A DNA stretch of 64,000 bases, taken from positions 18,667-82,666 of the forward strand of contig DASVDC010000128.1 in NCBI GenBank assembly GCA_036381275.1, given 5' to 3'. The notes beneath the pieces are model-generated. The model did no database searches and was not told the origin of the DNA. It saw only the letters and a program-made list of their open reading frames with translations. This DNA is from Pseudomonadales bacterium (GTDB lineage: Bacteria > Pseudomonadota > Gammaproteobacteria > Pseudomonadales > Azotimanducaceae). The position numbers and the translations under genes are program-made. Below, piece by piece: positions 52,858 through 61,546 of the stretch (positions are counted from its first letter, which is position 1; every line of letters starts with the position of its first letter).

Positions 52858-53952
52858 TCACGAGGCGCTCTGGAAACTGACGCTCTTGACCAGCGCGAAC
52901 ACGGACGAACCCGGCTCGAGGCGCAGCGCCTCCACCGCGGCCCGGGTCAGCCGTGCCCTTATGCGCGCGCCGGTGAGCTGCACCCACACCTCGGCGAACG
53001 CCGGTTCGTCCCCTTCGAGCACTTCCTCCACGCGCCCCGCGAGTACGTTGCGGATGCTGAGCCCGACCGGCCGCTCGGTTGCGATCGCGACATCGCGGGC
53101 GCGGATGCGCAGGCGCACCGCCGCGCCGGCCGGCACGCGGTCGATCAGCGGCAAGGTCAGCACGTCGCCGCCGAGATCGACGTGGGTCAGGTGCAGCCGC
53201 CGGTCGTGATCGGTGACCCGTCCTTCGACCAGCACGCCGGCCTCGAAACGCCCGGTCAGCGGCTGCAGGTCGAGGCGCTCCATCACCGCGGCGGCCGTAC
53301 CGTGCATCTGCACGCGCCCCTCCGCGAGCACCAGCATGTCGTCCGCGACCGTCGCCACCTCGTCGATGTCGTGACTCACGTAGAGCGCCGGCAGGCCGAA
53401 GCGCTTCGGGATCGACTGCAGATACGCGAGCACGTCGGCCTTGCGCTCCCGATCGAGACCGGTCAGCGGCTCGTCGAGCAGCAGCAGCCGCGGCGCCCGC
53501 AGCAGCGTGCGGCCGAGCGCGACCCGGCGCCGTTCGCCGCCGGACAGCGCCTGCACCCGGCGGTCGAGCAGCGGCGCGAGGTCGAGCGCTTCCACCACCG
53601 CGTCGAAACCGATGCCGCCAACACCTCGGTTACGCCGCGCGGCGTAGGCGAGGTTGCCGGCCACGTCACGGTGCGGGAACAGGCGATCGTCCTGGAACAT
53701 GAAGCCGACCGGCCGGCGGTGCGGCGGCCGATCGATGCCGGCCGCCCGGTCGAGCCAGACGTCCGAGCCGAGCGCGATGCGTCCGCGCACCGGGCGCTCG
53801 AAGCCGGCGATCGCCCGCAGCAGCGTGCTCTTGCCGCTGCCGCTCGGGCCGAACACGGCCGTGAACCCGGCGAGCGGCAGCGTCTCGTTCACGCGCAGGC
53901 TGAACGCCGGCAGGTCGATCTCGACGCGCAGCTCGAGCGGCTCAACCGACAT
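52858..53952 (-). CDS. modC: molybdate ABC transporter ATP-binding protein
   Basis: Walker A GPSGSGKST, signature LSGGERRRV, Walker B LLLLDEP, and a C-terminal TOBE/Mop-like domain. Overlaps modB by 11 nt. Confidence 0.9.
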   Translation of the reverse strand: MSVEPLELRVEIDLPAFSLRVNETLPLAGFTAVFGPSGSGKSTLLRAIAGFERPVRGRIALGSDVWLDRAAGIDRPPHRRPVGFMFQDDRLFPHRDVAGNLAYAARRNRGVGGIGFDAVVEALDLAPLLDRRVQALSGGERRRVALGRTLLRAPRLLLLDEPLTGLDRERKADVLAYLQSIPKRFGLPALYVSHDIDEVATVADDMLVLAEGRVQMHGTAAAVMERLDLQPLTGRFEAGVLVEGRVTDHDRRLHLTHVDLGGDVLTLPLIDRVPAGAAVRLRIRARDVAIATERPVGLSIRNVLAGRVEEVLEGDEPAFAEVWVQLTGARIRARLTRAAVEALRLEPGSSVFALVKSVSFQSAS

Positions 53953-54613
53953 GCAGCGGATACCGGCGATTCACCACGTAGACGACCAGCAGCACCAGGA
54001 ACGAGAACGCGAGCAGCCCGCCGGCCAGCACGTGGGCGTCGAAATAGCGCAGGGTCTCCACGTGCTCGTAGATCGCGATCGACACGACCCGCGTCTGACC
54101 CGGGATGTTGCCCCCGACCATCAGCACCACGCCGAACTCGCCGATCGTATGGGCGAACGTGAGCACGCAGGCGGTGAGGAAGCCGCGCGACGCGAGCGGC
54201 ACCGCGACGCTGAAGAACGCATCGAGCGGCGATGCACCGAGGCTCGCGGCCGCTTCCACCGCACCGCGCCCCACCGCTTCGAACGCGCTCTCGAGCGGCT
54301 GCACCATGAACGGCAGCGAATAGAGCAACGACGCCACCACCAGACCGGTGAACGAGAACGTCAGGCTCGTGCCGGTGATGCTGACCCAGAAGCTGCCGAG
54401 CGGCGCCGTGGGGCTGAGCAGAATGAGCAGGTAGAAGCCGAGCACCGTCGGCGGCAGCACCAGCGGCAGCGCGGTCACCGCTTCCACCGCCGGCTTCAGG
54501 CGCGAGGAGGTGCGCGCGAGCCACCACGCGAGCGGCGTACCGAGCAGCAGCAGGAGCAGCGTGGTGACCGCAGCGAGCTGCAGCGACAGCCAGACCGGGC
54601 CGAGATCGGTCAC
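53942..54613 (-). CDS. modB: molybdate ABC transporter permease
   Basis: The N-terminus LGPVWLSLQLAAVTTLL...ALPLVLPPTVLGFYLL parallels E. coli ModB. GTG start at 54613. The upstream part of the track ORF is a shadow frame. Confidence 0.9.
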   Translation of the reverse strand: MTDLGPVWLSLQLAAVTTLLLLLLGTPLAWWLARTSSRLKPAVEAVTALPLVLPPTVLGFYLLILLSPTAPLGSFWVSITGTSLTFSFTGLVVASLLYSLPFMVQPLESAFEAVGRGAVEAAASLGASPLDAFFSVAVPLASRGFLTACVLTFAHTIGEFGVVLMVGGNIPGQTRVVSIAIYEHVETLRYFDAHVLAGGLLAFSFLVLLVVYVVNRRYPLHVG

Positions 54614-54864
54614 GTCAGCGCGCGCCGCAACCGAACCTCGATCACCGCACGCACCGCAAGACTGCGTGCCACACGTATTCCCCCGCCGTTCGCCAACGCC
54701 CCGCCTCCTGTGCCGCCGCCGTCCGGTGCGCAAGGGTAACCGGCCGCGCCCCGGAACGCAGCCGCCGAGCCGCGGCGCTGCGCCGCGACGCTCCGCCGCG
54801 GCCGATTTGCCCCTCACCGGAGCGCTGGCTATTCTGCCGCCTTTGCCGAGACCCGGAGACGAAG

Positions 54865-57609
54865 ATGAAGCTCACCCGGCTGGTGCTGGCCGTTTCTGCG
54901 CTCGGATGCGCCGCCAGCCTCGCGGCGGAAAGCCTGCCGATCCCGGACATCCCCTACCAGAAGTTCGTGCTCGACAACGGTCTCACCCTGATCGTTCACG
55001 AGGATCACAAGGCGCCCATCGTCGCCGTGAACGTCTGGTACCACGTCGGCGCGAAGAACGAGAAGCCGGGCAAGACCGGCTTCGCGCACCTGTTCGAGCA
55101 CCTGATGTTCAACGGCTCCGAGCACTACAACGACGACTACTTCAAGCCGTTCGACCGCGTCGGCGCCACCGAGATGAACGGCACGACCAACTCCGACCGC
55201 ACCAACTACTTCCAGAACGTGCCGAAGACGGCGCTCGACATGGCGCTGTGGATGGAATCGGACCGCATGTGCTGCATGCGTGCGGCGGTGGATCAGGCCA
55301 AGCTCGACGAGCAGCGCGGCGTGGTGCAGAACGAGAAGCGGCAGGGCGAGAACCAGCCCTACGGCGACGTGTTCAACCTGATTCAGGAGAACACCTATCC
55401 CGCAGGCCACCCCTACGACGGCACCGTGATCGGCTCGATGGAGGATCTGAACGCCGCGACGCTCGAGGACGTGCACGGCTGGTTCGATACCTATTACGGT
55501 CCCAACAACGCGGTTCTGGTGGTGGCCGGTGACGTCGACGCCGAGCACGTGCTCGAGCGCGTGAAGCACTACTTCGGCGGCATCCCGCCGGGCCCGCCGA
55601 TCGAGCGCCACGAAGCCTGGGTAGCACCGCGGAGCGATTCGCACCGCCAGGTGATCCAGGACCGGGTGCCGCAGGCGCGCATCTACCGCACCTGGAACGT
55701 GCCGGAGCGCACCAGCCCCGAGTTCGACCGCCTGCGCCTGTTCGCCGACGTGCTCGGCAACGGCAAGAACTCCCGCCTCTACGAGCGGCTGGTCTACGAC
55801 CGGCAGATCGCCACCGACGTCGGCGTGCTCGCGTTCGGCCGCGAGCTCGGCAGCCTGCTGATCGTGTTCGCGAGCGCGAAGCCCGGGGAGAGCCTCGACG
55901 AGGTGGAGCAGGCGATGGACGAGGAGATCGAACGCCTGCTCGACGAGGGCTTCGACGACGGCGAGCTCGACCGGGTGAAGACGCGGCTGTTCGGCGAGGT
56001 GATCCGCGGCATGGAGCGGGTCGGCGGCTTCGGCGGCAAGTCGGACCTGCTCGCCGAGAGCGAGGTGTACGACGGCTCCCCGGACGGCTACAAGCGCCAT
56101 CTGCAGACGCTGCGCGACGCCGACGACGAGAGCGTGATCGAAACCGCGCGGCGCTGGCTCGCCCACGGAACCTACACCCTCGAGGTGCACCCGTTCCCGG
56201 CGCTGAAGGCGGCGAACGTGACGGTGGATCGAAGCGGTATTCCCTACCCCCGGCAGCAGCCGGAGGTGGATTTTCCGAGCTTCGAGCGCGCGACCCTCGC
56301 CAACGGGCTGGAGCTCGTGGTCGCGAACTGGCCGGCGGTACCCGTGGTGGAGCTGTCGCTGGTCGTGGATGCCGGCTACGCGGCGGATGCCGTCGGCGAA
56401 GGCGGGCAGAAGCTCGGCACCGCCAATCTCACGATGAACATGCTCGACGAAGGCGCCGGGAAGCTCGATGCGCTCGAGATCGCGGCCCGCCTCGACCGGC
56501 TCGGCGCCCGGCTCGATCTCGGCGCGGGCCTCGATACCGCCTTCGTGAACGTGTCGGCGCTGAAGACCAACCTGGAGCCCACGCTCGATCTGTTCGCGGA
56601 CGTGGTGCTCGAACCAACCTTCCCGGCCGCCGAGCTGGAACGGCTGCGGCAGCAGACCCTCGCGGCGATCCAGCAGGAGATGACCCGACCGCAGACCATA
56701 GCGCTGCGCCTGTTCCCGCAGCTCGTCTACGGCCAGGGACACGCCTATGCGATGCCGTTCACCGGTTCCGGCACGCTGGATTCCGTGCGCAGCATCACCC
56801 GCAACGACCTGGTCGGCTATCACCGAACCTGGTTCAAGCCGAACAACGCCACGCTGATCGTCACCGGCGACATCACGATGGCGGAAGCGCGGCCGCTGGT
56901 GGAGCGGCACTTCCGCAACTGGCGGCGCGGCGACGTGCCGCCGAAGCCGGTCGGGCCGGTGCAGCCGGCGGACGGATCGCGCGTCTACGTCGTAGACCGC
57001 CCGAATTCCGAGCAGTCGATCATCATCGCGGGCCACGTGGTCCCGCCCTACGACCATCCGGCGCGTCTGGCGCTGGAGGCCGCCAACAACGTGCTCGGCG
57101 GCAGCTTCTCGGCGCGGGTGAACATGAACCTGCGCGAGGACAAGCACTGGTCCTACGGCGCGCGCAGTCTCATCGCGAACGCGCGCGGACCGCAGCCCTT
57201 CTTCGTGTTCGCGCCGGTGCAGACCGACCGCACCGCCGAGTCGATGGTGGAGATCCATCGGGAGCTGCTCGGCATCGCCGGCGACGAGCCCCCGACACCG
57301 GAAGAGGTGGACAAGGTCAAGGATCAGAACACGCTCACCCTTCCCGGGCGGTGGGAGACCCAGAGCGCCGTGCTCGCGTCGATCAGCGAGATCGTGCGCT
57401 ACGGCCTGCCCGACGACTACTGGAAGCGGTATCCGGAACGGGTGCGCGCGCTCGACGTGGCGGCGGTGAGCTCCGCGGCGGCGCAGCACATCCACCCGCG
57501 CCGGCTGGTCTGGGTGGTGATCGGCGACTGGCAGAAGATCCGTCAGGCCGTGCAGGAGCTGGAGCTCGGCCCGATCCAGCAGCTCGACGCGAGCGGCCAG
57601 CCGCTGTAG
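54865..57609 (+). CDS. M16-family (pitrilysin/insulinase-like) zinc peptidase, double-unit
   Basis: Signal peptide, inverted zinc motif HLFEHLMFNGSEHY (HxxEH), and a second inactive M16 half. 914 aa. Confidence 0.9.
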   Translation: MKLTRLVLAVSALGCAASLAAESLPIPDIPYQKFVLDNGLTLIVHEDHKAPIVAVNVWYHVGAKNEKPGKTGFAHLFEHLMFNGSEHYNDDYFKPFDRVGATEMNGTTNSDRTNYFQNVPKTALDMALWMESDRMCCMRAAVDQAKLDEQRGVVQNEKRQGENQPYGDVFNLIQENTYPAGHPYDGTVIGSMEDLNAATLEDVHGWFDTYYGPNNAVLVVAGDVDAEHVLERVKHYFGGIPPGPPIERHEAWVAPRSDSHRQVIQDRVPQARIYRTWNVPERTSPEFDRLRLFADVLGNGKNSRLYERLVYDRQIATDVGVLAFGRELGSLLIVFASAKPGESLDEVEQAMDEEIERLLDEGFDDGELDRVKTRLFGEVIRGMERVGGFGGKSDLLAESEVYDGSPDGYKRHLQTLRDADDESVIETARRWLAHGTYTLEVHPFPALKAANVTVDRSGIPYPRQQPEVDFPSFERATLANGLELVVANWPAVPVVELSLVVDAGYAADAVGEGGQKLGTANLTMNMLDEGAGKLDALEIAARLDRLGARLDLGAGLDTAFVNVSALKTNLEPTLDLFADVVLEPTFPAAELERLRQQTLAAIQQEMTRPQTIALRLFPQLVYGQGHAYAMPFTGSGTLDSVRSITRNDLVGYHRTWFKPNNATLIVTGDITMAEARPLVERHFRNWRRGDVPPKPVGPVQPADGSRVYVVDRPNSEQSIIIAGHVVPPYDHPARLALEAANNVLGGSFSARVNMNLREDKHWSYGARSLIANARGPQPFFVFAPVQTDRTAESMVEIHRELLGIAGDEPPTPEEVDKVKDQNTLTLPGRWETQSAVLASISEIVRYGLPDDYWKRYPERVRALDVAAVSSAAAQHIHPRRLVWVVIGDWQKIRQAVQELELGPIQQLDASGQPL

Positions 57610-57622
57610 CCGCCGCATCAGC

Positions 57623-57716
57623 TGTGGGAGCGGCCTCCGGCCGCGAAGGCAATCAGAGTTCGCGGCCGGAGGCCGCTCCCACAAGAGGCCGCTCCTACAG
57701 GAGCGACGCTCCTGCA
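57623..57716. repeat. REP-like palindromic element, copy 3, plus adjacent variant half-repeats
   Basis: TGTGGGAGCGGCCTCCGGCCGCGAA...TTCGCGGCCGGAGGCCGCTCCCACA (57623..57683), followed by GCTCCTACAGGAGCGACGCTCCTGCAG, a variant of the same GGAGCG core. Confidence 0.85.
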
Positions 57717-57802
57717 GCTTGGAATTGCACGGCAGGAATCGGAGCGCGATGCTGCTTTGCGGTGATTAACCTCCACGCTGAATTCAGCGAAGGTACGAGA
57801 CG

Positions 57803-58882
57803 ATGATCACCGAAACCCAGATGCGCGAAGCGATCCGCGGCCGCGATGCCGCCTACGACGGCCGGTTCGTGTACGCCGTGATCACGACCGGCGTCTACTG
57901 CCGACCGTCCTGCGCGGCCCGCCCCGCCCGGCCGGAGAACCTGCGCTTCTTTGCCGACGGCGCGTCCGCCGAAGCCGCCGGCTTCCGCCCGTGCAAGCGC
58001 TGCCGGCCCGACCAGCCGGCGCCGCGGCTCGAGGCGCTGACCGAAGTCGCCCGGTACATCGAGCAACACAGCAGCGCACGCCTTCCGCTCGCCGATCTCG
58101 CGTCGCGGGCGGGCCTGTCGCCGTCGCGCTTCCAGCGCGCCTTCAAGGCGGCGTTCGGGGTGTCACCGAAGGCCTTCCAGGACGCGGCGCGCCTGCGCGA
58201 GCTGAAGTCCGCCCTGAAGCAGGGTGAGGATGTCGCCGGCGCCATCTACGGTGCCGGGTTCGGCTCCACCAGCCGGGTCTACGGCCGGGCCGCGCACAAC
58301 ATCGGCATGACGCCGAGCGCGTACCGGGCCGGCGGCGCCGGCGAGCGGATCGCCTACGCGGTCCGGGAGACCGCGTTGGGCCACCTGTTACTCGCGGCGA
58401 CCGAGCGCGGCGTCTGCTTCGCCGAGTTCGGAGAGGATCCCGCCGCGCTGCGCGCGCGGCTCGAGGCGGAGTTTCCGCAGGCAGAGCTCGAGCCTTCGCC
58501 TCGTGAGCGTTCGGCGGAGCTCGACGCGTGGCTCGATGCGCTCGCCGCCCACCTCGATGCCGAAGGCCCGCGGCCGGAGCTGCCGCTCGATCTGCGCGGC
58601 ACGGCGTTTCAGATCAAGGTCTGGCGGTTCCTGATGCAGGTGCCCGAGGGCGAGGTGATGAGCTACGGCGAAGTCGCCGCCGGCATCGGCCAACCCACGG
58701 CGGTACGCGCGGTCGCATCCGCGTGCGGCGCGAATCGGGTGGCCGTGCTGGTGCCGTGCCATCGGGTGCTGCGCGGCGACGGCGGCATCGGCGGCTACCG
58801 CTGGGGCGTCCCGCGCAAACGCGCGCTGCTGGCCCGGGAGCGGGCCCGCCGGAGCGCCGCCCAAGGCGGGGCCGGCCGATGA
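57803..58882 (+). CDS. ada: bifunctional Ada: methylphosphotriester/AraC-type regulator plus O6-methylguanine-DNA methyltransferase
   Basis: N-Ada zinc site (CRPSCAARP...CKRCRP), an AraC HTH and the C-terminal active site PCHRV. Confidence 0.9.
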   Translation: MITETQMREAIRGRDAAYDGRFVYAVITTGVYCRPSCAARPARPENLRFFADGASAEAAGFRPCKRCRPDQPAPRLEALTEVARYIEQHSSARLPLADLASRAGLSPSRFQRAFKAAFGVSPKAFQDAARLRELKSALKQGEDVAGAIYGAGFGSTSRVYGRAAHNIGMTPSAYRAGGAGERIAYAVRETALGHLLLAATERGVCFAEFGEDPAALRARLEAEFPQAELEPSPRERSAELDAWLDALAAHLDAEGPRPELPLDLRGTAFQIKVWRFLMQVPEGEVMSYGEVAAGIGQPTAVRAVASACGANRVAVLVPCHRVLRGDGGIGGYRWGVPRKRALLARERARRSAAQGGAGR

Positions 58883-59589
58883 ATGCGTCGGTGCGGCGCC
58901 TCACCGAAGCCGACTGGAGCGCGGTGGGCGAAGCGCTCGACCGCGACGGCTTCGCGACGCTGCCGCCGCTCCTCGACGGCGGCGAGTGCCGCCGGCTGCG
59001 TGACTGCTTCGACGACGATGCGTTGTTCCGCTCCACCGTGGACATGGCGCGCTTCAATTTCGGCCAGGGGACTTACCGATACTTCGCCTATCCGCTGCCG
59101 GCCGGGGTGCGGGCGCTGCGCGAAGCGCTCTACCCGCCCCTCGCGCGCATCGCGAACACCTGGGCGGAGCGGCTCGGGCAACCGGCCGACTGGCCGTCGT
59201 CGCTCGCCGGGCTGACCGAGCTGTGCCACCGCGAAGGTCAGACGCGACCGACGCCGCTGCTGCTGCGTTACCGGGCGGACGACTACAACTGCCTGCACCA
59301 GGACCTGTACGGCCCGATCCACTTCCCGCTGCAGGTGATCGTGCTGCTCTCCGAGCCCGGCCGGGATTTCACCGGCGGTGAGCTCGTGCTCGTGGAGCAG
59401 CGGCCGCGCATGCAGTCACGGCCGATGGTGGTCCCGCTCACGCTCGGCGCGGCCGCGGTGATACCGGTGAAGGAGCGGCCGCGGCTCGGCACCCGGGGCC
59501 ATCACCGGGTGCAGATGCGCCACGGCGTGAGCCGAGTGCGGTCCGGCTCGCGGATCACGCTCGGGGTGATCTTCCACGACGCCCGCTAG
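58879..59589 (+). CDS. 2OG-Fe(II) oxygenase superfamily protein coupled to ada
   Basis: ATGA overlap with ada. HxD (LHQDL) and a distal His (HGVSRV), plus an R-x-S/T-like 2OG site (SRITLGVIFHDA). Confidence 0.75.
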   Translation: MNASVRRLTEADWSAVGEALDRDGFATLPPLLDGGECRRLRDCFDDDALFRSTVDMARFNFGQGTYRYFAYPLPAGVRALREALYPPLARIANTWAERLGQPADWPSSLAGLTELCHREGQTRPTPLLLRYRADDYNCLHQDLYGPIHFPLQVIVLLSEPGRDFTGGELVLVEQRPRMQSRPMVVPLTLGAAAVIPVKERPRLGTRGHHRVQMRHGVSRVRSGSRITLGVIFHDAR

Positions 59590-59696
59590 CGCCGCCGCGG
59601 CCCCTCGACGCGGCGCCGGTACCCGGCGCTCGACGCCCGTTCCGTTGCCGGCGCGGGGGAAGGGTTGCGATACTCCGCTCGACTGAGCGGGGGACG

Positions 59697-61028
59697 ATGG
59701 GCGTGAAGCACGAGGCCGGCGTCGGCGTGCGAGCAGGGTTGGCGCTGCTGCTGATCGCGAGCGTGCTCGGCTGCGGCGGCGGCGGCTCGGACGACCGTCG
59801 CGGCCAGAACCCGCCGCCGGCGGCGCCGCCGGGCGGCACGGACGTGGTGGCGACCCACGCCTATCGGGCCGGCTCGCCCTATGCCGACGTGCTGCGCGAC
59901 TGCACGTACGCCGGAGACGCGACGCGCTCGTGTACGCTCGCGACGCTGCCGTTCCTCGGCATGGACGCGCCCGACCCGACGATCGCCGACGTGATGTCGC
60001 GCGCACTCGTCTCGCACGATTGGATGGGCGCGAACCTCGAAGCCGTGCTGGGGCGGCTTCCGGACGATGTCCTGCCGCTGTTCCGCTCGATCACCGCCGT
60101 CGTGATCGCGAGCGACATCCGCCCCGCCCACTACGATCCCGACACCGGCGCCATTTACCTGGACCCGGAGTTCCTGTGGCTGACGGTGGCCGAGCGCAAC
60201 ACCGTATCGACGGAGCCGGACCCGCGCAGCGGCTTCGGCCTGGATCTGCAGTTCGAGATGCCCTGGCGATACGTGCGCGACAACCAGCGGCTCACGGTGT
60301 TCCTGAACGCCGACGGATCGCGCGACCTCGAGCAGATCGAGGAGATCATGGCGTATCTCCTCTATCACGAGCTCGCCCACGCGGTGGATTTCATGCCGCC
60401 GGAGCGCCTCGGCGCGCTCGCCCGCAACCTGACGGTGCCCGGGGCGCTGAGCCAGCAGCCGCGCCTCTCGACGGAGTTCCAGGCCGAATGGCCGCTGCAG
60501 TCGACTCTGCTGAAGCAGCTCGCCGCGGTGTCGTTCCTCGGCGAGGATTCGACCGCCCAGCAGCGGGCATTGCAGCCTTCGGACCTGGTCGCGGAATTCG
60601 AGAACGACGGCGCGGTGCAGTACTACGCGTACACCACCCGCTTCGAGGACTTCGCGGTGCTGTTCGAGACCGCGATGATGAAATGGCATTTCGGCTACGA
60701 CAAAGACACCGCGATCACGAGCCGGCCCGCATCCGGCGGTACCAACGCGGCGATCGTGTCCTGGGGCACCCGCGGCCGCCTCGGCGAGCTGCCGGTCTAC
60801 AACCGGGTTCGGGCCGTGGCGGAGCGGATCTACCCCGGCGACCTGGACGCGTTCCACGCCTTCCTCGACAACGAGCCGACCACGCCGCCCCGAATGCGTG
60901 AGGGCGAAACCTGGGGAGCCAACCTGGTGCTCGACGGCGTCGCGATGACGAGCCGGGCGCGCGCGGCCGGCACCGATGCGGCCGGACGCCGGCCCGACTA
61001 CTTCCTGGAGCGCGTTCGAATCCGCTGA
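59697..61028 (+). CDS. lipoprotein with HExxH motif (putative zinc metallopeptidase)
   Basis: Lipobox IASVLGC-GGGG and a single LYHELAHAVDF motif. 443 aa. No family recognised. Confidence 0.6.
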   Translation: MGVKHEAGVGVRAGLALLLIASVLGCGGGGSDDRRGQNPPPAAPPGGTDVVATHAYRAGSPYADVLRDCTYAGDATRSCTLATLPFLGMDAPDPTIADVMSRALVSHDWMGANLEAVLGRLPDDVLPLFRSITAVVIASDIRPAHYDPDTGAIYLDPEFLWLTVAERNTVSTEPDPRSGFGLDLQFEMPWRYVRDNQRLTVFLNADGSRDLEQIEEIMAYLLYHELAHAVDFMPPERLGALARNLTVPGALSQQPRLSTEFQAEWPLQSTLLKQLAAVSFLGEDSTAQQRALQPSDLVAEFENDGAVQYYAYTTRFEDFAVLFETAMMKWHFGYDKDTAITSRPASGGTNAAIVSWGTRGRLGELPVYNRVRAVAERIYPGDLDAFHAFLDNEPTTPPRMREGETWGANLVLDGVAMTSRARAAGTDAAGRRPDYFLERVRIR

Positions 61029-61044
61029 CGCTCGCGCTCAGCGG
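61022..61044. terminator. hairpin between convergent genes (weak bidirectional terminator candidate)
   Basis: CCGCTGA-cgctcgcgc-TCAGCGG (7-bp stem) contains both stop codons. There is no U-tract. Confidence 0.25.
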
Positions 61045-61394
61045 TGCACCAGCTCGGTGAAGCCACCGTAGATCATGCGCTTGGCGTCGAACGGCATGTT
61101 CTCGGGCTCCATCTTCATACGCGGATCCTTCATCACCGCGTCGAGGATGCGGTCACGCGCCTCGCGGGATTCGTAGACGATCCACGCGAAGACGACCGTC
61201 TCGTCGTCCTTCAGATCCACGCTCTGCGGGAACGAGGTGAGCTCGCCCGGCTTCACGTCGTCTGCGATGCACTCGACGTAGTCCAGCGCTCCGTGCTCCC
61301 GCCAGACCTGGCCGGCGAGATCGGCGATTTCGCGGTACGCCTCGACGTTCTTTTTCGGCAGGGGCAGCACGAACCCATCGACATAGCGTCCCAT
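61038..61394 (-). CDS. DUF1428-family protein
   Basis: MGRYVDGFVLPLPKKNVEAYREIA...FDAKRMIYGGF matches my memory of the DUF1428 (YbaA-like) pattern. 118 aa. Confidence 0.8.
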   Translation of the reverse strand: MGRYVDGFVLPLPKKNVEAYREIADLAGQVWREHGALDYVECIADDVKPGELTSFPQSVDLKDDETVVFAWIVYESREARDRILDAVMKDPRMKMEPENMPFDAKRMIYGGFTELVHR

Positions 61395-61546
61395 TGAACT
61401 GTCTCCTCCGTAACGTGGCGTGATCTGGTCGAGCGGCGCGAGCGGAAATCGACAGTCGCCGCGGCGCCGGGTATACCACCGCCCGACGGGAGGCTTAGAC
61501 TACACTACGCGCAGTCGAGGACGGTGTACCCCTCAGGCGGATCGTC

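Noticed and set aside
54614-54864. Possible Moco riboswitch or ModE operator upstream of modB
   Set aside because: The leader is GC-rich and contains GGAGGCGGGG and CAAAGG-like strings. I could not reconstruct the conserved Moco-RNA helices by eye. It needs a covariance-model scan.
57717-57802. Ada box upstream of ada
   Set aside because: AATCGGAGCGCGA loosely resembles AAT-N6-GCAA, but the B-box differs and there are several equally weak alternatives. Not supportable without a PSSM.
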